A stretch of DNA of 62,579 bases, counting the filler, from Rhabdomonas costata (lineage: Eukaryota), in NCBI GenBank assembly GCA_019059605.1. It is 27 parts of 27 records of this genome, joined end to end, with 100 filler letters (N's around TTAATTAATTAA, not from the genome) between each part and the next. Parts side by side here need not be neighbours in the genome. Positions count along the whole stretch, not along the records: positions 11,615 to 13,837 come from JAHMHO010004740.1; positions 13,938 to 16,161 come from JAHMHO010004741.1; positions 16,262 to 18,480 come from JAHMHO010004742.1; positions 18,581 to 20,803 come from JAHMHO010004743.1; positions 20,904 to 23,124 come from JAHMHO010004744.1; positions 23,225 to 25,443 come from JAHMHO010004745.1; 21 more parts are not named here. One strand, 5' to 3'. Shown here one piece after another: positions 13,110 through 25,443 of this stretch. A program made the position numbers and the translations under genes. Each line of letters starts with the position of its first letter. Positions within the stretch are counted from its first letter, which is position 1. The notes beneath the pieces were generated by a model. That model worked only from the letters and a program-made list of their open reading frames with translations. It did not search any database and was not told the origin of the DNA.

Positions 13110-13763
13110 TCATGGCGATGGAGCATCCGTGACAGCAGCGGTGGGTGAAGTGGCTCCGCCCTTCTTGGGTGAAGAGCGACGAGGGCCTTGGGAAATCATC
13201 AGCTGCTTGGCCCGCTTGAGTTCCTAAAAACGTGGAGAGAATTGTGCAGCGCGCCTTTGTCGAAACGCACCGATACTCCGGAGGTCGTAGCACCAACAAA
13301 AAACCAGCTGACTCGAACCCACTTCCATCGTCTCAAATAAACACGCACGTAGATTTAAGTGAACGCAGTTGCTTGGGGAGAGAGGGGAAAAATTACCAGT
13401 GGCAAGTTTGCTTGTTATCTTCTGGTTCAAACACGTGGCCACCTTCCCAACCGCACTTCTCCGCCAAGCTAAGCAATCGGATGATGCTCTGGAACGAGTT
13501 TTGGATGCCAGCCTCTCCCAAATTACAGACCTTCAAACAACCCTAATTACCCTGAATAAAAATATTTTGGCGTGAACCTCGCGCTCGGCGGCGATCTTCA
13601 CCTCCTCCTGCTTGCTCATGTGGGCTCGGTATTCCACCATCTTAGCGCGGCGCTGCAGGTTGCCCTCCTCGACCTCCTCCGTGGGGTGCACGAACTCCAC
13701 CCCGGCCTGCACCAGCGCCTCCTCCGTGGGACGGAACATCTCAAGGGCAGCGATCATCTTGTC
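13110..13763 (-). CDS. PFR2: Paraflagellar rod protein, PFR2 type, last two exons
   Basis: Exons 13763-13578 and 13223-13110 (GT-AG) give DKMIAALEMFRPTEEALVQAGVEFVHPTEEVEEGNLQRRAKMVEYRAHMSKQEEVKIAAERE ELKRAK...SP*. This matches the PFR2 C-terminus (EEVExGN..VEYRAH..EELKR). Confidence 0.92.
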
Positions 13764-14083
13764 CTGCAAGGCCGGCAATTGGGTGCACATCGAGGAGTCA
13801 GAGCACACTCACCGCCCCCCCCCCTCCTTGAATAGGGNNNNNNNNNNNNNNNNNNNNNNNNNNNNNNNNNNNNNNNNNNNNTTAATTAATTAANNNNNNN
13901 NNNNNNNNNNNNNNNNNNNNNNNNNNNNNNNNNNNNNGTGTTGGGGGAGAAGACGGACAGTGTGGTGTGTTACACAGCGGCGGTTTGAAAGGTCATGGTC
14001 CCTTCTTTTGTCTAGGATTTCAAAATTTACGTTAGGTGTTGAAGAAATCCAAAAAGTCGTCAGGTCGTTTGTTTTCCAGAGTG

Positions 14084-14114
<31 letters not shown>

Positions 14115-14156
14115 GGCCCAGCTGTGGATAGGTAGCTTGACCTTGCGTTTTGCCAG

Positions 14157-14319
14157 GAGCTGGCACACGAGAGGCTGAGATCCGTCTCCGCTCACCGCTC
14201 GGCCCTCCGGAATCTGTATCTGCAACGTCTGGAAACGAGTCTCTGGAAACACCTTGATGTCCTGGCTGTCTTCTTCCGGAATGAGGAACACCTTGGTGTC
14301 ATGGACCGTGACCGCCGCG
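14157..14319 (+). CDS. Possible internal exon, hypothetical protein
   Basis: TTTTGCCAG acceptor, open frame ELAHERLRSVSAHRSALRNLYLQRLETSLWKHLDVLAVFF..DRDRR, G|GT donor. Confidence 0.35.
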
Positions 14320-16261
14320 GTCCGCATCCCTCGGTCTTAGTTTCCGGGTTTTCCGGGCGGAGCAGCCAGCACGGCAGCCGGTTTGTGAAAGAAGGTATTG
14401 GCGGGAAGTTGCTTGATCTTCATGATTTTGATATACCTAAAATTTTCCAAATCGCAGATGATTCTGCTGCTTGCGGGCATTTTTTGGCCGCTGGGTTTTC
14501 CATGCGCCATCTTTGCGCGGAAGAGGTCAAAGGCCACCACTCCATAAAGCCACGGCCACCGAGACAACTGCACAAGCCAAACGGGCAGTTCCCGGCCAAG
14601 CAGGTCGAAAGCAGACGGTCAGCCCGCAGGCCGACAAGAGGCCATAAAGGGCCCAATCTGGCGGGAGAGCCAAAAAGCCCGAAAAAAAGGCTCAAATGGC
14701 CCGAAACCCCCCGGGGTTTTAAACCGATGCTAGCGGTCCGTTCTTCGGCCAGCTTGCCGTTTTCCCTCTCGACCCTTTGGTGCGCCGACTGTGGCTGGCC
14801 GAAAGCCTGCGTTCAGCGTGCCGGCCTTAAAAAAGACCAAATCGGGCGTCCCGCGCTCTATATAATGACTTTAAAAAATGGGGACGGGGAAGCGGCCATA
14901 ACACGGCGTAAAGAACCTTTCCGTGGACAGGAACGGCCAACCAACTCATCCCAGGGAAAATACCGCCAAAAACGACGATCACGATAGCGAAGGCTCAAGG
15001 TCCGGTCTGGTGGTCGGATCTGGTTCAGTCTAAGAAGGCACCGGGATGAGATCACCCAGCCTTGACACGTGAGATGCCATCCTCGACGCCGAAGAGGTCC
15101 ACCCCCACAAGGAGGCTGGACGCCCGGCACACCTCCCAGGCCCGGACGTGAACGCTAGAAGGGTGAGCCTGGGGGACGCGCCCCACCACCAAACAAAAAG
15201 AGAAATAGTTGTCAATGGCCAAACCTTGTCTTTTCATTTGCGCTGCGCGAGTTCAGACTTGCCAGTATATTTTCTTGGAGGCAGGCAGGTAGGTCCGACG
15301 ACTATTCCGAAGTTCCAACATGAAGTGCTCAAGGGGTCAGCATCCACAAGTAAACAAAAGGCAATTTGAAGACAAAAACAACAAATGGCCCGAAATGACC
15401 CCAAAACTAGCTTCTGCTGTCCCTGCGTTAAGTAAGTCACAGTACTGTGAAATGTTCACGGTTCATGTCACAATTTCACAATTTCACGTTCCGACGTGAC
15501 ACTCGATCATCGCAGAAGACCCTTGCGCTGGCAAACCTTAGCATCTCATCTGTGGCTGCCTCCTGTGTCACTCAGCGTGAGCTGGGGTTTTGGGGCTGCT
15601 CTACCTGATCAACTATGGCTGATCTGAGCACGGGATCTGTTGTTCTCTGCAAAATTCTTAGCGGCAATGTGCCTGGAGCTCTCTTCACAACACTTGCGCT
15701 GGCCGGCGTCCTGACTGTGGACGAAGTGGGCCTCTTAGGTGGGGCGGGAGTGGCCCTGTCTCCTGACCCCACTAGTCTACACTCTTCTGAAATTCTCCAA
15801 CTGACCCCTTCAGCACACTTCTCTGAACCAACACCGTCTTAGCCAATTCACAATCCCTATAAAAGTGGCTCGTACTTTCAAAATAACTGCACACTCTTGA
15901 ATGAACCTGCGGCTTCGCGTTCTCCAAACTTGAACTCGGAAAAGGTGACTGCTGCCTGATCCCTGTGGAAGTCGGTCTTGGGGGTCGAGGCGGGGAGACA
16001 TCTACACTCCTGTGAAACGAGGGAATTCTGGGTCTACAGCTTCTAGACGGTGTAGGTGATCTGTAACCTCGGCCTCCTCTTCCCGTGTATCCTCGATCTC
16101 TGAAAGCCAACACAAGGATACACGGGAAGAGGAGGCCGAGGTTACAGATCACCCACACCCCNNNNNNNNNNNNNNNNNNNNNNNNNNNNNNNNNNNNNNN
16201 NNNNNTTAATTAATTAANNNNNNNNNNNNNNNNNNNNNNNNNNNNNNNNNNNNNNNNNNNN

Positions 16262-16607
16262 GGTGGTTGGGCAGCCCCCGGGGAGCCCTGTGCACCCGCA
16301 CCCCTGAGCCAGGCAGCTGCGAATCAGCGCAAGCTCTCCGCATCTCTGGACGCTGGGACCGGCATGGCTTCCGAAGACTGGGGTCCTTGGTTGAGCCGGA
16401 ACCGAGGAGGGGTGTGTTGTGGTCAAGGCGCTGTGGTGGCTGCAGGGGCACTCCGGAGAGGAGGGCAGTGGGGCAAGGGGGGCAGTTGGTGCCGGAAACA
16501 GGGGTGGCGATGCTCCTCCAGAACGTCGGGAGACAGGTCGAGGAGTGGCTGGCGGGGAGGGCTTGGAGTCAGGCTGGGCGTACCCAACCACAGCGTGTGT
16601 GGTGGCA
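16262..16607 (-). CDS. Possible Pro/Ser-rich exon, hypothetical protein
   Basis: TTTTTCAG acceptor followed by a long, open, Pro-rich frame. No homology recognised. Confidence 0.3.
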
Positions 16608-18590
16608 CTGAAAAACAAAAATACAGAAAATTCAGGGTTCACTTCTGCACCAGGGTCTGCAGTAACAAAGGTGGAAGACATCAAGAAATCTTAGAAACAG
16701 AAAAGTGAACAATGGCGCTTCAAATAATTTGCATTCTGGGCTCTTTCAGCACGTGTAAAAACAAGATAATCGGGACACCATTTTTTACTTCTCCAGGAGG
16801 CACGGGCAAACAAATCACGAAAGTACTCGATCTCCTCAAAACATAAATGGCCCCGCCTGTTCGTGCGAGGCCTGGTTACCCTACTGCTGTTCGTCGGCCG
16901 CCCCTATTTTTTGCGGTCCTCAAACAGCCGCCGAAAGGGCAGCATAAACGAATTGTCCTTTGGCGAGGTCTCTTGGAGGCCCCCCAAAAGGGTGAAATAA
17001 CTTCCCGTATACCCCGAAAGGTCAATGTTGGGATAATAAAAGAATATTTCCAAACAAATCTCCACCCTGACGCGTTCGCAGCCCCAAAACGCTACCATAT
17101 TATCATTTTAGGATCCTTTTTATTTTGAGTTCTGCCATATGAATTCGGGAAAGTAAGTTGTAAAAACAGAAATACACTTTGGTGCAAATCTACAACCAGC
17201 GTTTTCAAAAGAAAGCCACACTTGGTTCCCGGAGCGCGGGAAACCGAATGCCGGCTGGGGGATGCGATGCCGTTGACAGGGCACCAGAAGGGAGGAATGG
17301 CAACCACCATTCCTGCAAAATCCACACATGCCAGCACGGTATCACACCACTTTCAGAGATCCTCAAACATATCGCATTTTTCGAGGCGCCGTGAAAATCA
17401 GTGTGAGAGGAAAAACCACATTCAATCCGTCCACAGTAACTTGATTTAATGGCAGCAATGAAAGCAGCCGATTCCATCATCGCTCTCCTTCACGTGTATG
17501 TGTTTGTTTGTGCGTGTGTGTGCTTCCCTCAATACGCACAAACAAACCCAAAACCGATAAACAGACACACTTTCCCTAGTTAAATCGCAAAACATGCCAA
17601 CGCAGCGCGCGGATCAGGGCAAAACATCCATACCAAGGGACGAGTAGGGGCAGTGGACAAGACGCGTGGAAGTGTGCGTCTCCATTGTATGAGTGTACTG
17701 GATGGAGACGGTAAGAAGAGTAGCAAGAAGGCGAAAGTTGGGCAGCAGCTCTGAGAAAAAGGGTCCAACGGGAACAAAACATACACCCCTGCGGCGGAAA
17801 CGTCTCGCATAGTAATGCTTGGCTATGCCCCCTCGCCACCTCCCCCACGCCGCCTCCCACTCGCAACCTCACTGAACGGTCCCGATGCATTTTTTGGAGG
17901 CGGGGTGGGTAAAATGGTTTAACGACGTTGAACGGGTACCGGTGGCAGCTGATCTTCGCCCCTTTTACATGGCACCTCCTGGAAACCGTTCATCGCCCTT
18001 CCCGGGTTTAATGTTGTTAAAAATCGGACCGTCATCGAAGCGGCAGGCGGGCGTTAACACCCTAGAAAACTTCCTTTGGACACCAAGAGGACATCTTTAT
18101 GACCAATAGATTAACTCACTTCACCCATTGTTTAGCTTTTGTGCCATGGCCGTTGACAGAAGCAGGAGCGTTTCATCGAGAGGTGTTGTCGTCGCCGTCG
18201 AGAAAAGCATTACCGAGGGGTGACACGACTTTAAAAACACGGGCCACTCAAAAAATCAACCAATTCACAACTAATAATTACATTCTCAGACGTCCGCAAA
18301 TCGCTTCGGTTTCGGACATTAAACGGATAGTAATAAAGTGAACAGCTCCTCAGATAATTGGCGACGCAGCGCCACCGGTTCAAGCCCTTCGTTCAGGACA
18401 ATAGGAAGGCATACCTCAAACTATCGCACAAGCGGTGCTAAAAAAGCACGCGAATGTGGATAAACCGGATACCCAAAAAANNNNNNNNNNNNNNNNNNNN
18501 NNNNNNNNNNNNNNNNNNNNNNNNTTAATTAATTAANNNNNNNNNNNNNNNNNNNNNNNNNNNNNNNNNNNNNNNNNNNNGTGGTGGGGG

Positions 18591-18772
18591 GTGAGGGGTG
18601 AGGCAATGCATAAGTATGCAAAGCTGTATGTCCGCGAAGCATTGGGGAACGATAGAGTGAGGTGCATGCATACAGGACAATGAATTCGCGGGGTGAGGGG
18701 TGAGGCAGTGCGTGAGTATGCAAAGCTGTATGTCCGCGAAGCATTGGGGAACGATAGAGTGAGGTGCATGCA
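18591..18772. repeat. Imperfect 102-bp-period tandem repeat (about 1.8 copies visible, truncated by the contig start)
   Basis: GTGAGGGGTGAGGCA..AAGCTGTATGTCCGCGAAGCATTGGGGAACGATAGAGTGAGGTGCATGCAT starts at 18591 and again at 18693, with a few substitutions. Confidence 0.9.
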
Positions 18773-18811
18773 TCCATACCATCCACCGCAAGTGGGCGGA
18801 GAGAGAGACAC

Positions 18812-19756
18812 CTCCTCCAAATGGAGATGGGACAGCCGCAGCAGGTGCTCCACATGCGCGGCTTTCTCTTCGACTTCGATGGCGCACTGCTGCAGGTCTT
18901 TCTCTGCCTGGCGCTCAATCCGAAGGAAGGCCCCCAGGGCCTCGGAATGCAGCTGAGACACCGCCGCCTTCATCGCCGCTGACTGCAAGAATAAGGCATT
19001 GCTGTTCAGCTCAATATCAATGACAACACGGATACCTTTCACAGCGTTGCGTTCGTTCTTGCCCGTCCAGCGCAATCAAACGGCCTCAGTTCAGGGCTGA
19101 AGAGGAGTTTGGTGCAGTGTTCGGTTCGAAGGTGTAGAGAACCTGTTCCTACTAGGGTGCGGTGGTGCCTCAAGTCAAAGCAGCCTTCACAACGGAGTAT
19201 TGCGGGCATGGAAGTGGGAACTCACAACTGAAAAATGCCGACGAGAAGAAAGCAAAAAAGGAATTCTGAATGAGGAAAAACCGAATGCCATCCACCACAC
19301 CTGTTCCTGAAGCAGAGCAGCTTGCCTCAGCATCAGCTCCGCGTCAGCCTGAGCCTCCTTCAGGAACTGCACAGCCCGTGCAGTTGAGAATAAGTGCAGG
19401 CGTTATGCGATCGGGCAGGAATGCAGCCGCACAAAGCCGCATGAGCATGCTTTAAAACACTTTATTTGGTCTAATGAAGGTTAGGGTTACCCTAACCCCA
19501 GCTGCCACTGGGTTGGAAACCAAAACAAAAGCAAACCATGCCTTCAACAGGCAGGCTGCACAAACAAAACACAAACCTGAGCTTGCCGCAAAACAGCAGG
19601 CTGATCCCCCTGCAGGGCCCGAGCCAGGCCACTCGACGCGGTCGCTTCATTGGGCCCCACTGGCGCCAGCAGCAGCGCTGCGGGGCGACCGAGTCTCGCG
19701 GCATCGATCGACTGCTCCTGTAGCTGCACAATGAGTTCGCGGTCCGTCGCCTCGGC
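18812..19756 (-). CDS. Helical/coiled-coil hypothetical protein (3 exons)
   Basis: Exons 19756-19577, 19366-19301 and 18982-18812 are all phase 0 and GT-AG, and A/E/Q/L-rich (FLKEAQADAELMLRQAALLQEQ; IERQAEKDLQQCAIEVEEKAAHVE). Confidence 0.65.
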
Positions 19757-21442
19757 CTGCACACACGCACATACAAAAGTGGTGCCATGCAAAATTTTCG
19801 ACGCGGTGTGGTTTTCTTGCGTGTTCCAATACAAGTAGCCACCCAATTATCCGTGCCACTCTCTCCTCTTTCGAAAGCCTTGTCAAATGCTTGAAAAACG
19901 AGACACTGGGGGCAACGACCCCCGCAACGCAGTTTTGTTTTTTATTTATCGCTTTTTTGGCTCCCATCGTCAGAATAAAATATGCTGTCATTACGATTTT
20001 GCGAGACATTGAAGTTGTAAAACATGGGGTCTGGTTGCCTGGGAATCGTCTGCAACGCTCGCAGAGAGAAGCAAATTCATAGATGGTTAGAAGAGAGACT
20101 TCCTATAACTGCGCTGAGCAGAAAGGTGCCGGAGTGAGGCTGGCGCGGGGAAGAGAGAACCATTTCAAACTCCCGAAACACGCCGGACGGGACGCTGCCT
20201 GCAGACATCATCTTTGCCTGAAACAGGGCAAAGCACGGGGAGGCGAATCAAAGTATCATTGAAAGTCCCCCCATGTTGCTCAATCCATACTTGCGACAGC
20301 GGTGCGGCGAGTGAGCGGGCGAGCAAGATAAGAGTGAAAAACCACAGAACACATAGAATCCACTGAAAAGGGATACACCGGTGCGAATCAGAAGGGCTCT
20401 TGCAATGGCGCACTTGTGGGTGACATTGCCCAGGTACAATAACACGTAACACTTTTCCCAAAACGTGTGCAAAAACACTCGAGGGTGCATAGCAACGCTT
20501 CTTTAATGGGCTTTCAGCCCAACAAGCCAAGCCTTGCAGTGGTGAAGCGCAAGGCTTTGTGCCGGAACTGGAGGATCGACCATCAGCGCAGCCTAAAACT
20601 GACGCTGTTCATCCTCAAATCAAGAAACGCGCAATGGTTGGAGAAGAGTATTCAAACCTGGCATTAGGCAATGGTGCGCAAGGTCTCTCGGTGGTCTTTT
20701 TCATTGCATGCGACACATTCAATAAAGACAAGTGAGAAGGAAAACACAGGGTTCTGGTGAGTCAGCAGAAGAGAACGGAAAACGCAAAATGCAACACACA
20801 AACNNNNNNNNNNNNNNNNNNNNNNNNNNNNNNNNNNNNNNNNNNNNTTAATTAATTAANNNNNNNNNNNNNNNNNNNNNNNNNNNNNNNNNNNNNNNNN
20901 NNNTTTGGGTTTTCGAATGAAATCAGTCGGGAAGTTTGAAAGAATTTGAAAGAAATGGTTGTGGTGACCGTGGCAAACCTCTGTACTTGTACCGACGGCT
21001 ACATAGATTTTAAACGCAGGTGGTAGTGGCCGTGGGAGCCAAAAGGAAAAACACAACTCGAGGATGACTTGTTTGAGAAAACAGCAGGATTACAAACCAT
21101 CTTCATTTGAGTCTTTCATACATCGCTTCATCTCTTCAGTTCGCTTCATAGAATACAAGTTGGTGCAAGCCAGCATCAAACCCTGTAATAATAGTGTCCG
21201 TCCGTCCGTCCCTTTCTACTCGGTCTGCAGGGAAGCTAATGTTCCAAAGGTGTCCCAAAGCGGGGCGAAGGGTCCAATGAGTTACCAAAATGTCATAGTG
21301 AAAATGCTGATTTTACCGTAATCAAAATGCTTGAAAGATCTTCCAGTTCCAGAACGTGGTGGCAAGAAGTGAGGATAAAAGTTTTGAAATATCCAAAAAA
21401 AAAATTCCAGATTCAGGAAAAGCAAAGAGGGCACTAGCACAC

Positions 21443-23114
21443 CTGCAAGACGGTGAAGCGGGCCTTGTCAATGGTGCAGTCATACGGACTGCCCATGTGA
21501 GAGTACAGCACCCGTGGGCCAGTGGTGTGGTTCTGGAAGGAGGCTTGGAACGACTGCAGTGACGGCGCCTCTCCGGAAGAGGCCCTCCAAAGCAACCGAA
21601 TGGGAAGCCGATATCGCTCGTTGCGCTGCACAACAACGTGGCCCACGGTAACCAAGGAGAGCTCGTACCCCGCCAGGCAGGACCCCTTGCAAAGCCCAAA
21701 GCCCTTCTTGAACTCCGCAGGAGACGGCATCGATGAAGAAGCTTGACCTGCTACAAATACACACCTTCCGAGACTAAAAGTACACGCCGAGATATTCTCG
21801 TCAGCAAGAAACACTGAGCAGAATGGGCGCAGAATAAAGAAAGGCAGAAACAAGCAAGGTCATCAAGTCTAGACTGATCTAGCCAAGCGGTTGAAGATGA
21901 CAAGGCGAGATGACAATCAAATTCCCAGAGACTTGGCCATTGGACATTCCGGACAACTCCGGGACGTTCCTCAGAGTATCCATCTATCGGAACAGCTGTA
22001 GCTCGGGTTCACGATCGGCTGTGACTTAACCGAAGAACTGGCCTCCCGGAACTGGCCTCCGTGGCTCCGCCCTCGCACCTAACTAATGCTGTGACACCTG
22101 TCCGCCCTATCTGTTCGAACTTCTACATTCGAAAAACTTTGCAGAAGATAGCTACCAAACATCGGTCCCCACTGGAAGCGATGACAGATGTCCTGAAATC
22201 GGAGCTAAATTTGGTGTGATAGTCCAAAATGCAACCAGAGATGTGAAACCGCAAGCTCTGTCCACAAAGGGATCGTATACTACAGTGGAAAAAATGAAAT
22301 TCACGAAGTCAACTACATTTACAAAACGTAAAAACATCGCTCTCATAATCCAATTCGAACTGTGAAGCTGCAACATCAAATGTCGCCAAGGTCAACGGTA
22401 CCACCCTTTTGCTTTGCTGCACCTCCGATGGTAAGTTCTGACCCTTCTGGCGTCTCGCCTCGCCTCGCGACTCCCACCCGATAATGTGGGCGCCCGGAGA
22501 ACACTTCGCCTCGCTGCCTATGCCCAGAGGCATTCTGACAGTTAGCCGGGGGCTGTCACTTCAGCGGCGATACCACGGCAGAGCTTAGCTCTTACAATCG
22601 GACGGAAACCTCGTAAGGATTTCGAGAGATCAGTGCAAAGAGCTGTTCGTTGCGGACGCGAGAGAGGTAGTTTTCTGCGAACTGCTCCATGGCGGGCGGG
22701 ACTTTGTCCGCAATCACGTAGGTGCCCTGAATCATAATGGAGTGCAAGGGTGGAAGGAATAACTTGCAAGGAACTCTACCGAGGACCAAACTGGAATCTC
22801 ATCTCAGAGTGAGGATGCGCATCCCCCCCCCCAGAATAAAGCGAGGGATGTTAGGCACATACTTGGATGATCAGGTCGCTTCTTCTTTGGATGGGGCTTC
22901 GATGTGCTGGTCACCGGCCGTTCGCGATGAAACAGCAGCATGAACACACAGCTACAAAACATAACTGCTTCTCAGGGGACGAATGAAGGAATGGGGAAAT
23001 ACACCTTGCCCAGCAGACCCATGTCTTCCAGCACGGTAAGCGCGTCCTCTCCATCCTCCTCATGGCTCAACAGAACGATATCAAACACTGCCCCCGTGGG
23101 AGTCAGGGCCAGGC
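21443..23114 (-). CDS. Protein with a divergent catechol-O-methyltransferase-like segment plus an unknown downstream region (4 exons)
   Basis: Exons 23114-23005, 22726-22610, 22534-22423 and 21747-21443 are in phase and GT-AG. FDIVLLSHEEDGEDALTVLEDMGLLGK GTYVIADKV..YLSRVR resembles COMT LDMVFLDHWK..LLEECGLLRKGTVLLADNV..FLAHVR. Confidence 0.6.
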
Positions 23115-23415
23115 CTGAATCTAANNNNNNNNNNNNNNNNNNNNNNNNNNNNNNNNNNNNNNNNNNNNTTAATTAATTAANNNNNNNNNNNNNNNNNNNN
23201 NNNNNNNNNNNNNNNNNNNNNNNNCTATGCCTTGATGCCTTGGTGTTTTTGACAGCCTGCTATGTTGGCCCATTATTTCGGAAGTGCTACCTTTGATCCG
23301 ATTCTGTCGAGGCCTTTCCGTCGCACACCACAGTTTTCCCTACAATTATGCTTCAATTGTTAGGCCATCTCTGCTGTGGAGGTTGGCGGGTGGTTTACGG
23401 GTGTGTGGGCTGCAG

Positions 23416-25443
23416 GCGAGTGAGGGGCCCTCCCACTTGGTGGAGGAGGTGCATTCGGAGGCAGCGGCGGAGGAGGCGGAGGCCGCGGCCAGGCTGACTC
23501 GGATCAAGCGCTCCGAGGGAGCTGTGGGAACCACGTATGCCATCGCCACCCTTAGAACACGCATTAGTAAAGCCCTGAGCCCGAGTTCGGGAAAACCCTA
23601 AATGCGAAATGCGCAGCACATCAAAGAAAACTGCCGAGGGAGAAAACTGACTCAGTAGTGTGCATTAAGCCTCTAATAAGGTGGCCTGCACAATGTGCTC
23701 GTTTCCTGTGTTTCTTCTTCTCCTTCTGCCTTTTTGAATTGCCGAAAAAAGGCTCAAGTGTCGCTGCCCGCGTCATCGTATTACTTTCTATTTTTGGTGT
23801 TTTCTTTTTTCCAAGACGGAAGCGCGCCCGGGACGTCTCTGATGATAACGCCGACCTCTTCGAAGACACCGCCCGCAACGACGGCGAAGAGGGCCTCTTT
23901 GAATGATGACTCTCGTTTCCTTGACAGTGAACGCCCAGGGGGGGCAGGCGTCACCTGCTATTTTCTACTGTTGTGGCGGCCCTGGGTTGAGTCGGTCTCC
24001 AGAGCGAACATTGTGACTTTCTCACTGTTTCTGAGAATGGAGTATTGGCGCCCCGTAACGGTGCATTTCCCTTCCGGATTACCTCCTGTGGGTCGCTTCT
24101 CGGGGCTCTGAAAAGCCGTAATAGGAAAATGAGAATAAGTACCCAGATACTGAAACTCGCTCGAAAAAAAAAGGTTGCAAGGTTACCGCTGTATCCACAA
24201 CCCATTCCATAATACCCACCCAAGCTTGGCAGCAGCGGTACAACTCAAATTCTGCAGATGGTTTCCCAATTTTTAATAATGGGGTACGAAGACTCTTCCT
24301 TCTAAGATGACGTCACTCTCCCATCTCTCCCATCTCTGCTCCCATTTCTCCAACGCCTCCAATCATTCCGGACATGCTCCACCCCAACCTTCCCATTCCT
24401 GCGCTATCTGTACGACTCGCGCTGGTTCGGCAGCCGTTGTACAAGTGGATCTCAATAATTTGAACAGAGAAATGCCGGTCAAATGTTCATCGCAGGAACG
24501 CTGAGTGATACTTCGCACAGCCATGGGCTTGGGCTCCGACGCCCCTCAAAGAACCATCGCACCTGATACCCGGGACAAAACTTCGAAGGTTGTGTATGCT
24601 CTTCCCCTTCCCTTCCCCCAACTCACTGCGATACCGTTCGATGGATGTGAGAGTTTACCACCTGTTTTTTCAGCCCTCTTTTTTGTGTCTTCCTTTCTCT
24701 TTCCCACTTTTCCCCCTCTCCGGTAGCGCCAGTACTTTCCGGAGAATCCGAGAATTCTTTTCTCAATGTGGCACTGGAACAACCCCGCTGACGGCCTGTG
24801 GTACATGTACAACATAGAGACGCAGGCCGAGCTGTCGCAGGCAGCGAAACGCGGGCGGAGGCTGGTTAGGGTTGTGGTGGACGGCATGGCCGTCACGGTG
24901 GACTTGGTGAAGCTACGGCACACCCTGCACGGGGAAGGGCAACGCCCGATGGAGGGCGCAGTTCGCTACGTCGCGGGTGTTTTACGGCAAGTTTTCTGAT
25001 TTGAGGAAGGGAGGCTGTCTTTTTCCTTCGACCTATACCTTAACGTTTTGACTTCCAAACCGAACCTGCCTGGAATGGCTATCGATGACTTCATAAGCTA
25101 GATTGGTGGGTTAGGATTTTACCGCTTTCTTTTTTCGCTGATACCGATGAGAATCGCAATGTTTTGCTTTCCAGCGGATGGAGTTCTCTATGTGTCGGAG
25201 ACTTCAAGGCGCAGCATTCCTCCACGTAAACCATGGTGCATGTTGCCGCACTTTCGATTTTACCACTGCTCGGAGGGAATCCATAATTATTGTCCGCCCC
25301 AAGTCTCGAGGTTTTTATCTTCTCAACAGCGCCGAGATCCTCGCGCTTTGACAACTCCTCGCGTCCCCGCAGCGACCCCGGCGTGGAGGACCTTGTCCTC
25401 CCCTCGGAAGCCAGAGATCCCCACCCCCGCCGTGGCACTTACC
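23416..25443 (+). CDS. WWE-domain protein, internal fragment
   Basis: Exons 23416-23492, 23816-23892, 24521-24588, 24727-~24955 and probably 25330-end. WHWNNPADGLWYMYNIETQAELSQAAKRGRRLVRVVVDGMAVTVDLVKLRH fits the WWE pattern. The first two introns need GC donors to keep phase. Confidence 0.65.
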
